Below, in pieces: positions 1 through 11,400 of a stretch of 64,000 nt of DNA (its first letter is position 1; every line of letters begins with the position of its first letter). This DNA is from Eledone cirrhosa (lineage: Eukaryota), in contig CAXHJY010000898.1 in the NCBI GenBank assembly GCA_964016885.1, positions 434,001 through 498,000 on the forward strand. Direction: 5' to 3'. The position numbers and the translations under genes are program-made. The notes under the pieces are model-generated. The model saw only the letters and a list, made by a program, of their open reading frames with translations, searched no databases and was not told the origin of the DNA.

Positions 1-729
1 CTTAGCTTAGCTTAGCTTAGGATAGCTTAGCTTAGCTTAGCTTAGGATAGCTTAGCTTAGCTTAGCTTAGGATAGCTTAGGATAGCTTAGCTTAGGATAG
101 CTTAGGATAGCTTAGCTTAGGATAGCTTAGCTTAGGAGAGCTTAGCTTAGGATAGCTTAGGATAGCTTAGCTTAGGATAGCTTAGGATAGCTTAGCTTAG
201 GATAGCTTAGCTTAGGATAGCTTAGGATAGCTTAGCTTAGCTTAGCTTAGGATAGCTTAGCTTAGCTTAGCTTAGGATAGCTTAGCTTAGCTTAGCTTAG
301 CTTAGGATAGCTTAGCTTAGCTTAGCTTAGGATAGCTTAGGATAGCTTAGCTTAGGATAGCTTAGGATAGCTTAGCTTAGGATAGCTTAGGATAGCTTAG
401 CTTAGGATAGCTTAGGATAGCTTAGCTTAGGATAGCTTAGCTTAGGATAGCTTAGCTTAGCTTAGCTTAGGATAGCTTAGCTTAGGATAGCTTAGGATAG
501 CTTAGCTTAGGATAGCTTAGCTTAGCTTAGCTTAGGATAGCTTAGCTTAGCTTAGCTTAGGATAGCTTAGCTTAGCTTAGCTTAGGATAGCTTAGCTTAG
601 CTTAGGATAGCTTAGCTTAGCTTAGCTTAGGAAAGCTTAGCTTAGCTTAGCTTAGGATAGCTTAGCTTAGGATAGCTTAGCTTAGGATAGCTTAGCTTAG
701 GTTAGCTTAGCTTAGCTTAGCTTAGGATA

Positions 730-3400
730 GCTTAGGATAGCTTAGCTTAGGATAGCTTAGCTTAGCTTAGCTTAGGATAGCTTAGCCTAGCTTAGCTTAG
801 GATAGCTTAGCTTAGCTTAGCTTAGGATAGCTTAGCTTAGGATAGCTTAGGATAGCTTAGCTTAGCTTAGCTTAGGATAGCTTAGCTTAGCTTAGGATAG
901 CTTAGCTTAGCTTAGTATAGCTTAGCTTAGCTTAGCTTAGGATAGCTTAGCTTAGCTTAGCTTAGGATAGCTTAGCTTAGGTTAGCTTAGGATAGCTTAG
1001 GATAGCTTAGGATAGCTTAGCTTAGCTTAGCTTAGGATAGCTTAACTTAGCTTAGGATAGCTTAGCTTAGCTTAGCTTAGGATAGCTTAGCTTAGCTTAG
1101 CTTAGGATAGCTTAGCTTAGCTTAGCTTAGGATAGCTTAGCTTAGCTTAGCTTAGGATAGCTTAGCTTAGCTTAGCTTAGGATAGCTTAGCTTAGCTTAG
1201 CTTAGAATAGCTTAGCTTAGGATAGCTTAGCTTAGGATAGCTTAGGATAGCTTAGCTTAGGATAGCTTAGGATAGCTTAGCTTAGGATAGCTTAGCTTAG
1301 CTTAGCTTAGGATAGCTTAGCTTAGCTTAGGATAGCTTAGCTTAGCTTAGCTTAGGATAGCTTAGCTTAGGATAGCTTAGGAAAGCTTAGCTTAGCTTAG
1401 CTTAGCTTAGCTTAGCTTAGCTTAGCTTAGGATAGCTTAGCTTAGCTTAGGATAGTTTAGCTTAGCTTAGCTTAGGATAGCTTAGCTTAGCTTAGCTTAG
1501 GATAGCTTAGCTTAGCTTAGCTTAGGATAGCTTAGCTTAGCTTAGGATAGCTTAGCTTAGCTTAGCTTAGGATAGCTTAGCTTAGCTTAGCTTAGGATAG
1601 CTTAGCTTAGGATAGCTTAGCTTAGCTTAGGATAGCTTAGCTTAGCTTAGCTTAGGATAGCTTAGCTTAGCTTAGCTTAGGATAGCTTAGCTTAGCTTAG
1701 CTTAGTATCGCTTAGCTTAGCTTAGCTTAGGATAGCTTAGCTTAGCTTAGCTTAGGATAGCTTAGCTTAGCTTAGCTTAGGATAGCTTAGCTTAGCTTAG
1801 CTTAGGATAGCTTAGCTTAGCTTAGCTTAGGATAGCTTAGCTTAGCTTGGCTTAGGATAGCTTAGCTTAGCTTGGCTTAGGATAGCTTAGCTTAGCTTAG
1901 CTTAGGATAGCTTAGCTTAGCTTAGCTTAGCTTAGCTTAGCTTAGCTTAGGATAGCTTAGCTTAGCTTAGCTTAGCTTAGCTTAGGATAGCTTAGCTTAG
2001 CTTAGCTTAGGATAGCTTAGCTTAGTTTAGGATAGCTTAGCTTAGCTTAGCTTAGGATAGCTTAGGATAGCTTAGCTTAGGATAGCTTAGGATAGCTTAG
2101 CTTAGGATAGCTTAGGATAGCTTAGGTTAGGATAGCTTAGCTTAGGATAGCTTAGGATAGCTTAGCTTAGGATAGCTTAGGATAGCTTAGCTTAGGATAG
2201 CTTAGGATAGCTTAGCTTAGAATAGCTTAGCTTAGGATAGCTTAGGAAAGCTTAGCTTAGCTTAGCTTAGGATAGCTTAGCTTAGCTTAGCTTAGGATAG
2301 CTTAGCTTAGCTTAGCTTAGGATAGCTTAGGATAGCTTAGCTTAGGATAGCTTAGGATAGCTTAGCTTTGGATAGCTTAGCTTAGGAGAGCTTAGCTTAG
2401 GATAGCTTAGGATAGCTTAGCTTAGGATAGCTTAGGATAGCTTAGCTTAGGATAGCTTAGATTAGGATAGCTTAGGATAGCTTAGCTTAGCTTAGCTTAG
2501 GATAGCTTAGCTTAGCTTAGCTTAGGATAGCTTAGCTTAGCTTAGCTTAGCTTAGGATAGCTTAGCTTAGCTTAGCTTAGGATAGCTTAGGATAGCTTAG
2601 CTTAGGATAGCTTAGGATAGCTTAGCTTAGGATAGCTTAGGATAGCTTAGCTTAGGATAGCTTAGGATAGCTTAGCTTAGGATAGCTTAGCTTAGGATAG
2701 CTTAGCTTAGCTTAGCTTAGGATAGCTTAGCTTAGGATAGCTTAGGATAGCTTAGCTTAGGATAGCTTAGCTAAGGATAGCTTAGGATAGCTTAGCTTAG
2801 CTTAGCTTAGGATAGCTTAGCTTAGCTTAGCTTAGGATAGCTTAGCTTAGCTTAGGATAGCTTAGCTTAGCTTAGCTTAGGATAGCTTAGCTTAGCTTAG
2901 CTTAGGATAGCTTAGCTTAGCTTAGCTTAGGATAGCTTTGCTTAGCTTAGGATAGCTCAGCTTAGCTTAGCTTAGGAAAGCTTAGCTTAGCTTAGCTTAG
3001 GATAGCTTAGCTTAGGATAGCTTAGCTTAGGATAGCTTAGCTTAGGTTAGCTTAGCTTAGCTTAGCTTAGGATAGCTTAGGATAGCTTAGCTTAGGATAG
3101 CTTAGCTTAGCTTAGCTTAGGATAGCTTAGCTTAGCTTAGCTTAGGATAGCTTAGCTTAGCTTAGGATAGCTTAGCTTAGGATAGCTTAGGATAGCTTAG
3201 CTTAGCTTAGCTTAGGATAGTTTAGCTTAGCTTAGCTTAGGATAGCTTAGCTTAGCTTAGGATAGCTTAGCTTAGCTTAGCTTAGGATAGCTTAGCTTAG
3301 CTTAGCTTAGGATAGCTTAGCTTAGGTTAGCTTAGGATAGCTTAGGATAGCTTAGCTTAGGATAGCTTAGGATAGCTTAGCTTAGGATAGCTTAGCTTAG
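730..3400 (+). repeat. Block homologous to ~13,450-16,200 (offset ~12.7-12.8 kb)
   Basis: Same ordered markers: CCTAG 786/13501, CTTAA 1041/13761, AATAG 1206/13921, GAAAG 1381/14096, CTTGG 1846/14606, CTCAG 2956/15771, TTTAG 3221/16041. Boundaries approximate. Confidence 0.8.
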
Positions 3401-5429
3401 GATAGCTTAGCTTAGGTTAGCTTAGCTTAGCTTAGCTTAGGATAGCTTAGGATAGCTTAGCTTAGGATAGCTTAGCTTAGCTTAGCTTAGGATAGCTTAG
3501 CTTAGGATAGCTTAGGATAGCTTAGCTTAGGATAGCTTAGCTTAGGATAGCTTAGCTTAGGATAGCTTAGGATAGCTTAGCTTAGCTTAGCTTAGGATAG
3601 CTTAGCTTAGCTTAGCTTAGGATAGCTTAGCTTAGGTTATCTTAGCTTAGCTTAGCTTAGGATAGCTTAGCTTAGGATAGCTTAGGATAGCTTAGCTTAG
3701 GATAGCTTAGCTTAGGATAGCTTAGGATAGCTTAGCTTAGGATAGCTTAGAATAGCTTAGCTTAGGATAGCTTAGCTTAGGATAGCTTAGGATAGCTTAG
3801 CTTAGCTTAGCTTAGGATAGCTTAGCTTAGCTTAGCTTAGGATAGCTTAGCTTAGCTTAGCTTAGGATAGCTTAGCTTAGCTTAGCTTAGGATAGCTTAG
3901 GATAGCTTAGCTTAGGATAGCTTAGGATAGCTTAGGATAGCTTAGCTTAGCTTAGCTTAGGATAGCTTAGCTTAGCTTAGCTTAGGAAAGCTTAGCTTAG
4001 CTTAGCTTAGGATAGCTTAGCTTAGCTTAGGATAGCTTAGCTTAGCTTAGCTTAGGATAGCTTAGCTTAGCTTAGCTTAGGATAGCTTAGCTTAGCTTAG
4101 GATAGCTTAGCTTAGCTTAGGATAGCTTAGCTTAGCTTAGCTTAGGATAGCTTAGCTTAGCTTAGCTTAGGATAGCTTAGCTTAGCTTAGCTTAGGATAG
4201 CTTAGCTTAGCTTAGCTTAGGATAGCTTAGCTTAGCTTAGCTTAGGATAGCTTAGCTTAGCTTAGCTTAGGATAGCTTAGCTTAGCTTAGCTTAGGATAG
4301 ATTAGCTTAGCTTAGGATAGCTTAGCTTAGCTTAGCTTAGGAAAGCTTAGCTTAGCTTAGGATAGCTTAGCTTAGCTTAGCTTAGGAGAGCTTAGCTTAG
4401 CTTAGGATAGCTTAGCTTAGCTTAGCTTAGGATAGCTTAGCTTAGCTTAGCTTAGGTAGCTTAGCTTAGCTTAGCTTAGGATAGCTTAGCTTAGCTTAGC
4501 TTAGGATAGCTTAGGATAGCTTAGCTTAGGATAGCTTAGGATAGCTTACCTTAGGAGAGCTTAGCTTAGGATAGCTTAGCTTAGGATAGCTTAGGATAGC
4601 TTAGCTTAGGATAGCTTAGCTTAGGATAGCTTAGCTTAGGATAGCTTAGGATAGCTTAGCTTAGCTTAGCTTAGGATAGCTTAGCTTAGCTTAGCTTAGG
4701 ATAGCTTAGCTTAGGTTAGCTTAGCTTAGCTTAGCTTAGGATAGCTTAGGATAGCTTAGCTTAGGATAGCTTAGGATAGCTTAGCTTAGGATAGCTTAGG
4801 ATAGCTTAGCTTAGGATAGCTTAGCTTAGGATAGCTTAGGATTGCTTAGCTTAGGATAGCTTAGGATAGCTTAGCTTAGGATAGCTTAGCTTAGGATCGC
4901 TTAGGATAGCTTAGCTTAGCTTAGCTTAGGATAGCTTAGCTTAGCTTAGCTTAGGATAGCTTAGCTTAGCTTAGCTTAGGATAGCTTAGCTTAGCTTAGC
5001 TTAGGATAGCTTAGTATAGCTTAGCTTAGGATAGCTTAGGATAGCTTAGCTTAGGATAGCTTAGGATAGCTTAGCTTAGGATAGCTTAGCTTAGGATAGC
5101 TTAGCTTAGGATAGCTTAGGATAGCTTAGCTTAGGATAGCTTAGGATAGCTTAGCTTAGGATAGCTTAGCTTAGGATAGCTTAGCTTAGGATAGCTTAGG
5201 ATAGCTTAGCTTAGCTTAGCTTAGGATAGCTTAGCTTAGCTTAGCTTAGGATAGCTTAGCTTAGCTTAGCTTAGGATAGCTTAGCTTAGCTTAGCTTAGG
5301 ATAGCTTAGGATAGCTTAGCTTAGGATAGCTTAGGATAGCTTAGCTTAGGTTAGCTTAGGATAGCTTAGCTTAGGATAGATTAGCTTAGGATAGCTTAGC
5401 TTAGGATAGCTTAGGATAGCTTAGCTTAG

Positions 5430-8400
5430 GATAGCTTAGGATAGCTTAGCTTAGAATAGCTTAGCTTAGGATAGCTTAGGAAAGCTTAGCTTAGCTTAGC
5501 TTAGGATAGCTTAGCTTAGCTTAGCTTAGGATAGCTTAGCTTAGCTTAGCTTAGGATAGCTTAGGATAGCTTAGGATAGCTTAGCTTTGGATAGCTTAGC
5601 TTAGGAGAGCTTAGCTTAGGATAGCTTAGGATAGCTTAGCTTAGGATAGCTTAGGATAGCTTAGCTTAGGATAGCTTAGCTTAGGATAGCTTAGGATAGC
5701 TTAGCTTAGCTTAGCTTAGGATAGCTTAGCTTAGCTTAGCTTAGGATAGCTTAGCTTAGCTTAGCTTAGCTTAGGATAGCTTAGCTTAGCTTAGCTTAGG
5801 ATAGCATAGGATAGCTTAGCTTAGGATAGCTTAGGATAGCTTAGCTTAGGATAGCTTAGGATAGCTTAGCTTAGGATAGCTTAGGATAGCTTAGCTTAGG
5901 ATAGCTTAGCTTAGGATAGCTTAGCTTAGCTTAGCTTAGGATAGCTTAGCTTAGGATAGCTTAGGATAGCTTAGCTTAGGATAGCTTAGCTTAGGATAGC
6001 TTAGGATAGCTTAGCTTAGCTTAGCTTAGGATAGCTTAGCTTAGCTTAGCTTAGGATAGCTTAGCTTAGCTTAGGATAGCTTAGCTTAGCTTAGCTTAGG
6101 ATAGCTTAGCTTAGCTTAGCTTAGGATAGCTTAGCTTAGCTTAGCTTAGGATAGCTTAGCTTAGCTTAGGATAGCTCAGCTTAGCTTAGCTTAGGATAGC
6201 TTAGCTTAGGTTAGCTTAGGATAGCTTAGGATAGCTTAGGATAGCTTAGCTTAGCTTAGCTTAGGATAGCTTAGCTTAGCTTAGCTTAGGATAGCTTAGC
6301 TTAGCTTAGCTTAGGATAGCTTAGCTTAGCTTAGGATAGCTTAGCTTAGCTTAGCTTAGGATAGCTTAGCTTAGCTTAGGATAGCTTAGCTTAGCTTAGC
6401 TTAGGATAGCTTAGCTTTGCTTAGGATAGCTTAGCTTAGCTTAGCTTAGGATAGCTTAGCTTAGCTTAGCTTAGGATAGCTTAGCTTAGGTTAGCTTAGG
6501 ATAGCTTAGGATAGCTTAGGATAGCTTAGCTTAGCTTAGCTTAGGATAGCTTAGCTTAGCTTAGCTTAGGATAGCTTAGCTTAGCTTAGCTTAGGATAGC
6601 TTAGCTTAGCTTAGGATAGCTTAGCTTAGCTTAGCTTAGGATAGCTTAGCTTAGCTTAGGATAGCTTAGCTTAGCTTAGCTTAGGATAGCTTAGCTTTGC
6701 TTAGGATAGCTTAGCTTAGCTTAGCTTAGGATAGCTTAGCTTAGCTTAGCTTAGGATAGCTTAGCTTAGCTTAGCTTAGGATAGATTAGCTTAGCTTAGG
6801 ATAGCTTAGCTTAGCTTAGCTTAGGAAAGCTTAGCTTAGCTTAGGATAGCTTAGCTTAGCTTAGCTTAGGAGAGCTTAGCTTAGCTTAGGATAGCTTAGC
6901 TTAGCTTAGCTTAGGATAGCTTAGCTTAGCTTAGCTTAGGTAGCTTAGCTTAGCTTAGCTTAGGATAGCTTAGGTAGCTTAGCTTAGCTTAGCTTAGGAT
7001 AGCTTAGCTTAGCTTAGCTTAGCTTAGGATAGCTTAGCTTAGCTTAGCTTAGGATAGCTTAGCTTAGCTTAGCTTAGGATAGCTTAGGATAGCTTAGCTT
7101 AGGATAGCTTAGGATAGCTTACCTTAGGAGAGCTTAGCTTAGGATAGCTTAGCTTAGGATAGCTTAGGATAGCTTAGCTTAGGATAGCTTAGCTTAGGAT
7201 AGCTTAGCTTAGGATAGCTTAGGATAGCTTAGCTTAGCTTAGCTTAGGATAGCTTAGCTTAGCTTAGCTTAGGATAGCTTAGCTTAGGTTAGCTTAGCTT
7301 AGCTTAGCTTAGGATAGCTTAGCTTAGGATAGCTTAGGATAGCTTAGCTTAGGATAGCTTAGCTTAGGATAGCTTAGCTTAGCTTTGCTTAGGATAGCTT
7401 AGCTTAGCTTAGCTTAGGATAGCTTAGCTTAGCTTAGCTTAGGATAGCTTAGCTTAGCTTAGCTTAGGATAGCTTAGCTTAGCTTAGCTTAGGATAGCTT
7501 AGCTTAGGATAGCTTAGCTTAGCTTAGCTTAGGATCGCTTAGCTTAGCTTAGCTTAGGATAGCTTAGCTTAGCTTAGGATAGCTTAGCTTAGCTTAGCTT
7601 AGGATAGCTTAGCTTAGCTTAGGATAGCTTAGGATAGCTTAGCTTAGGAGAGCTTAGCTTAGCTTAGCTTAGGATAGCTTAGCTTAGCTTAGCTTAGGAT
7701 AGCTTAGCTTAACTTAGCTTAGGATAGCTTAGCTTAGCTTAACTTAGGATAGCTTAGCTTAGCTTAGCTTAGGATAGCTTAGCTTAGCTTAGCTTAGGAT
7801 AGCTTAGCTTAGCTTAGCTTAGGATAGCTTAGGATAGCTTAGCTTAGGATAGCTTAGGATAGCTTACCTTAGGAGAGCTTAGCTTAGGATAGCTTAGCTT
7901 AGGATAGCTTAGGATAGCTTAGCTTAGGATAGCTTAGCTTAGGATAGCTTAGCTTAGGATAGCTTAGGATAGCTTAGCTTAGCTTAGCTTAGGATAGCTT
8001 AGCTTAGCTTAGCTTAAGATAGCTTAGCTTAGCTTAGCTTAGGATAGCTTAGCTTAGCTTAGCTTAGGATAGCTTAGGATAGCTTAGCTTAGGATAGCTT
8101 AGGATAGCTTAGCTTAGGATAGCTTAGGATAGCTTAGCTTAGGATAGCTTAGCTTAGGATAGCTTAGCTTAGGATAGCTTAGGATAGCTTAGCTTAGGAT
8201 AGCTTAGGATAGCTTAGCTTAGGATAGCTTAGCTTAGGATAGCTTAGGATAGCTTAGCTTAACTTAGCTTAGGATAGCTTAGCTTAGCTTAGCTTAGGAT
8301 AGCTTAGCTTAGCTTAGCTTAGGATAGCTTAGCTTAGCTTAGCTTAGGATAGCTTAGGATAGCTTAGCTTAGGATAGCTTAGGATAGCTTAGCTTAGGAT

Positions 8401-11400
8401 AGCTTAGCTTAGCTTAGCTTAGGATAGCTTAGCTTAGCTTAGCTTAGAATAGCTTAGCTTAGGATAGCTTAGCTTAGGATAGCTTAGCTTAGGATAGCTT
8501 AGCTTAGGATAGCTTAGGATAGCTTAGCTTAGGATAGCTTAGGATAGCTTAGCTTAGGATAGCTTAGCTTAGCTTAGCTTAGGATAGCTTAGCTTAGCTT
8601 AGGATAGCTTAGCTTAGCTTAGCTTAGGATAGCTTAGCTTAGGATAGCTTAGGAAAGCTTAGCTTAGCTTAGCTTAGGATAGCTTAGCTTAGCTTAGCTT
8701 AGGATAGCTTAGCTTAGCTTAGGATAGCTTAGCTTAGCTTAGCTTAGGATAGCTTAGCTTAGCTTAGTTTAGGATAGCTTAGCTTAGCTTAGCTTAGGAT
8801 AGCTTAGCTTGGCTTAGCTTAGGATAGCTTAGCTTAGCTTAGCTTAGGATAGCTTAGCTTAGGATAGCTTAGCTTAGCTTAGCTTAGGATAGCTTAGCTT
8901 AGCTTAGCTTAGGATAGCTTAGCTTAGGATAGCTTAGCTTAGCTTAGCTTAGGATAGCTTAGCATAGCTTAGCTTAGGATAGCTTAGCTTAGCTTAGCTT
9001 AGGATAGCTTAGCTTAGCTTAGGATAGCTTAGCTTAGCTTAGCTTAGGATAGCTTAGCTTAGCTTAGCTTAGGATAGCTTAGCTTAGCTTAGCTTAGGAT
9101 AGCTTAGCATAGCTTAGCTTAGGATAGCTTAGCTTAGCTTAGCTTAGGATAGCTTAGCTTAGCTTAGGATAGCTTAGCTTAGCTTGGCTTAGGATAGCTT
9201 AGCTTAGCTTGGCTTAGGATAGCTTAGCTTAGCTTAGCTTAGGATAGCTTAGCTTAGGATAGCTTAGGATAGCTTAGCTTAGCTTAGCTTAGGATAGCTT
9301 AGCTTAGTTTAGGATAGCTTAGCTTAGCTTAGCTTAGGATAGCTTAGGATAGCTTAGCTTAGGATAGCTTAGGATAGCTTAGCTTAGGATAGCTTAGGAT
9401 AGCTTAGCTTAGGATAGCTTAGGATAGCTTAGGTTAGGATAGCTTAGCTTAGGATAGCTTAGGATAGCTTAGCTTAGGATAGCTTAGGATAGCTTAGCTT
9501 AGGATAGCTTAGGATAGCTTAGCTTAGGATAGCTTAGCTTAGGATAGCTTAGGAAAGCTTAGCTTAGCTTAGCTTAGGATAGCTTAGCTTAGCTTAGCTT
9601 AGGATAGCTTAGGATAGCTTAGCTTAGGATAGCTTAGGATAGCTTAGCTTAGGATAGCTTAGCTTAGGATAGCTTAGCTTAGGATAGCTTAGGATAGCTT
9701 AGCTTAGGATAGCTTAGGATAGCTTAGCTTAGGTAGCTTAGCTTAGGATAGCTTAGGATAGCTTAGCTTAGCTTAGCTTAGGATAGCTTAGCTTAGCTTA
9801 GGATAGCTTAGCTTAGCTTAGCTTAGCTTAGGATAGCTTAGCTTAGCTTAGGATAGCTTAGGATAGCTTAGCTTAGGATAGCTTAGGATAGCTTAGCTTA
9901 GGATAGCTTAGGATAGCTTAGCTTAGGATAGCTTAGGATAGCTTAGCTTAGGATAGCTTAGCTTAGGATAGCTTAGCTTAGCTTAGCTTAGGATAGCTTA
10001 GCTTAGGATAGCTTAGGATATCTTAGGTTAGGATAGCTTAGCTTAGGATAGCTTAGGATAGATTAGCTTAGCTTAGCTTAGGATAGCTTAGCTTAGCTTA
10101 GCTTAGGATAGCTTAGCTTAGCTTAGGATAGCTTAGCTTAGCTTAGCTTAGGATAGCTTAGCTTAGCTTAGCTTAGGATAGCTTAGCTTAGCTTAGGATA
10201 GCTTAGCTTAGCTTAGCTTAGGATAGCTTAGCTTAGCTTAGCTTAGGATAGCTTAGCTTAGGATAGCTTAGCTTAGGATAGCTTAGCTTAGGTTAGCTTA
10301 GCTTAGCTTAGCTTAGGATAGCTTAGGATAGCTTAGCTTAGGATAACTTAGCTTAGCTTAGCTTAGGATAGCTTAGCTTAGCTTAGCTTAGGATAGCTTA
10401 GCTTAGCTTAGCTTAGGATAGCTTAGCTTAGGATAGCTTAGGATTGCTTAGCTTAGCTTAGCTTAGGATAGCTTAGCTTAGCTTAGCTTAGGATAGCTTA
10501 GCTTAGCTTAGGATAGCTTAGCTTAGCTTAGCTTAGGATAGCTTAGCTTAGCTTAGCTTAGGATAGCTTAGCTTAGCTTAGCTTAGGATAGCTTAGGATA
10601 GCTTAGGATAGCTTAGCTTAGCTTAGCTTAGGATAGCTTAGCTTAGCTTAGGATAGCTTAGCTTAGCTTAGCTTAGGATAGCTTAGCTTAGCTTAGGATA
10701 GCTTAGCTTAGCTTAGCTTAGGATAGCTTAGCTTAGCTTAGCTTAGGATAGCTTAGCTTAGCTTAGCTTAGGATAGCTTAGCTTAGCTTAGCTTAGGATA
10801 GCTTAGCTTAGCTTAGCTTAGGATAGATTAGCTTAGCTTAGGATAGCTTAGCTTAGCTTAGCTTAGGAAAGCTTAGCTTAGCTTAGGATAGCTTAGCTTA
10901 GCTTAGCTTAGGAGAGCTTAGCTTAGCTTAGCTTAGGATAGCTTAGCTTAGCTTAGGATAGCTTAGCTTAGCTTAGGTAGCTTAGCTTAGCTTAGCTTAG
11001 GATAGCTTAGCTTAGCTTAGCTTAGCTTAGGATAGCTTAGCTTAGCTTAGCTTAGGAGAGCTTAGCTTAGCTTAGCTTAGGATAGCTTAGGATAGCTTAG
11101 CTTAGGATAGCTTAGGATAGCTTACCTTAGGAGAGCTTAGCTTAGGATAGCTTAGCTTAGGATAGCTTAGGATAGCTTAGCTTAGGATAGCTTAGCTTAG
11201 GATAGCTTAGCTTAGGATAGCTTAGGATAGCTTAGCTTAGCTTAGCTTAGGATAGCTTAGCTTAGCTTAGCTTAGGATAGCTTAGCTTAGGTTAGCTTAG
11301 CTTAGCTTAGCTTAGCTTAGGATAGCTTAGCTTAGGATAGCTTAGGATAGCTTAGGATAGCTTAGCTTAGGATAGCTTAGCTTAGGATAGCTTAGGATAG

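Noticed and set aside
2771-2775. CTAAG as an inverted monomer or inversion breakpoint
   Set aside because: It is a single monomer with flanks in normal orientation and is indistinguishable from a T->A substitution.
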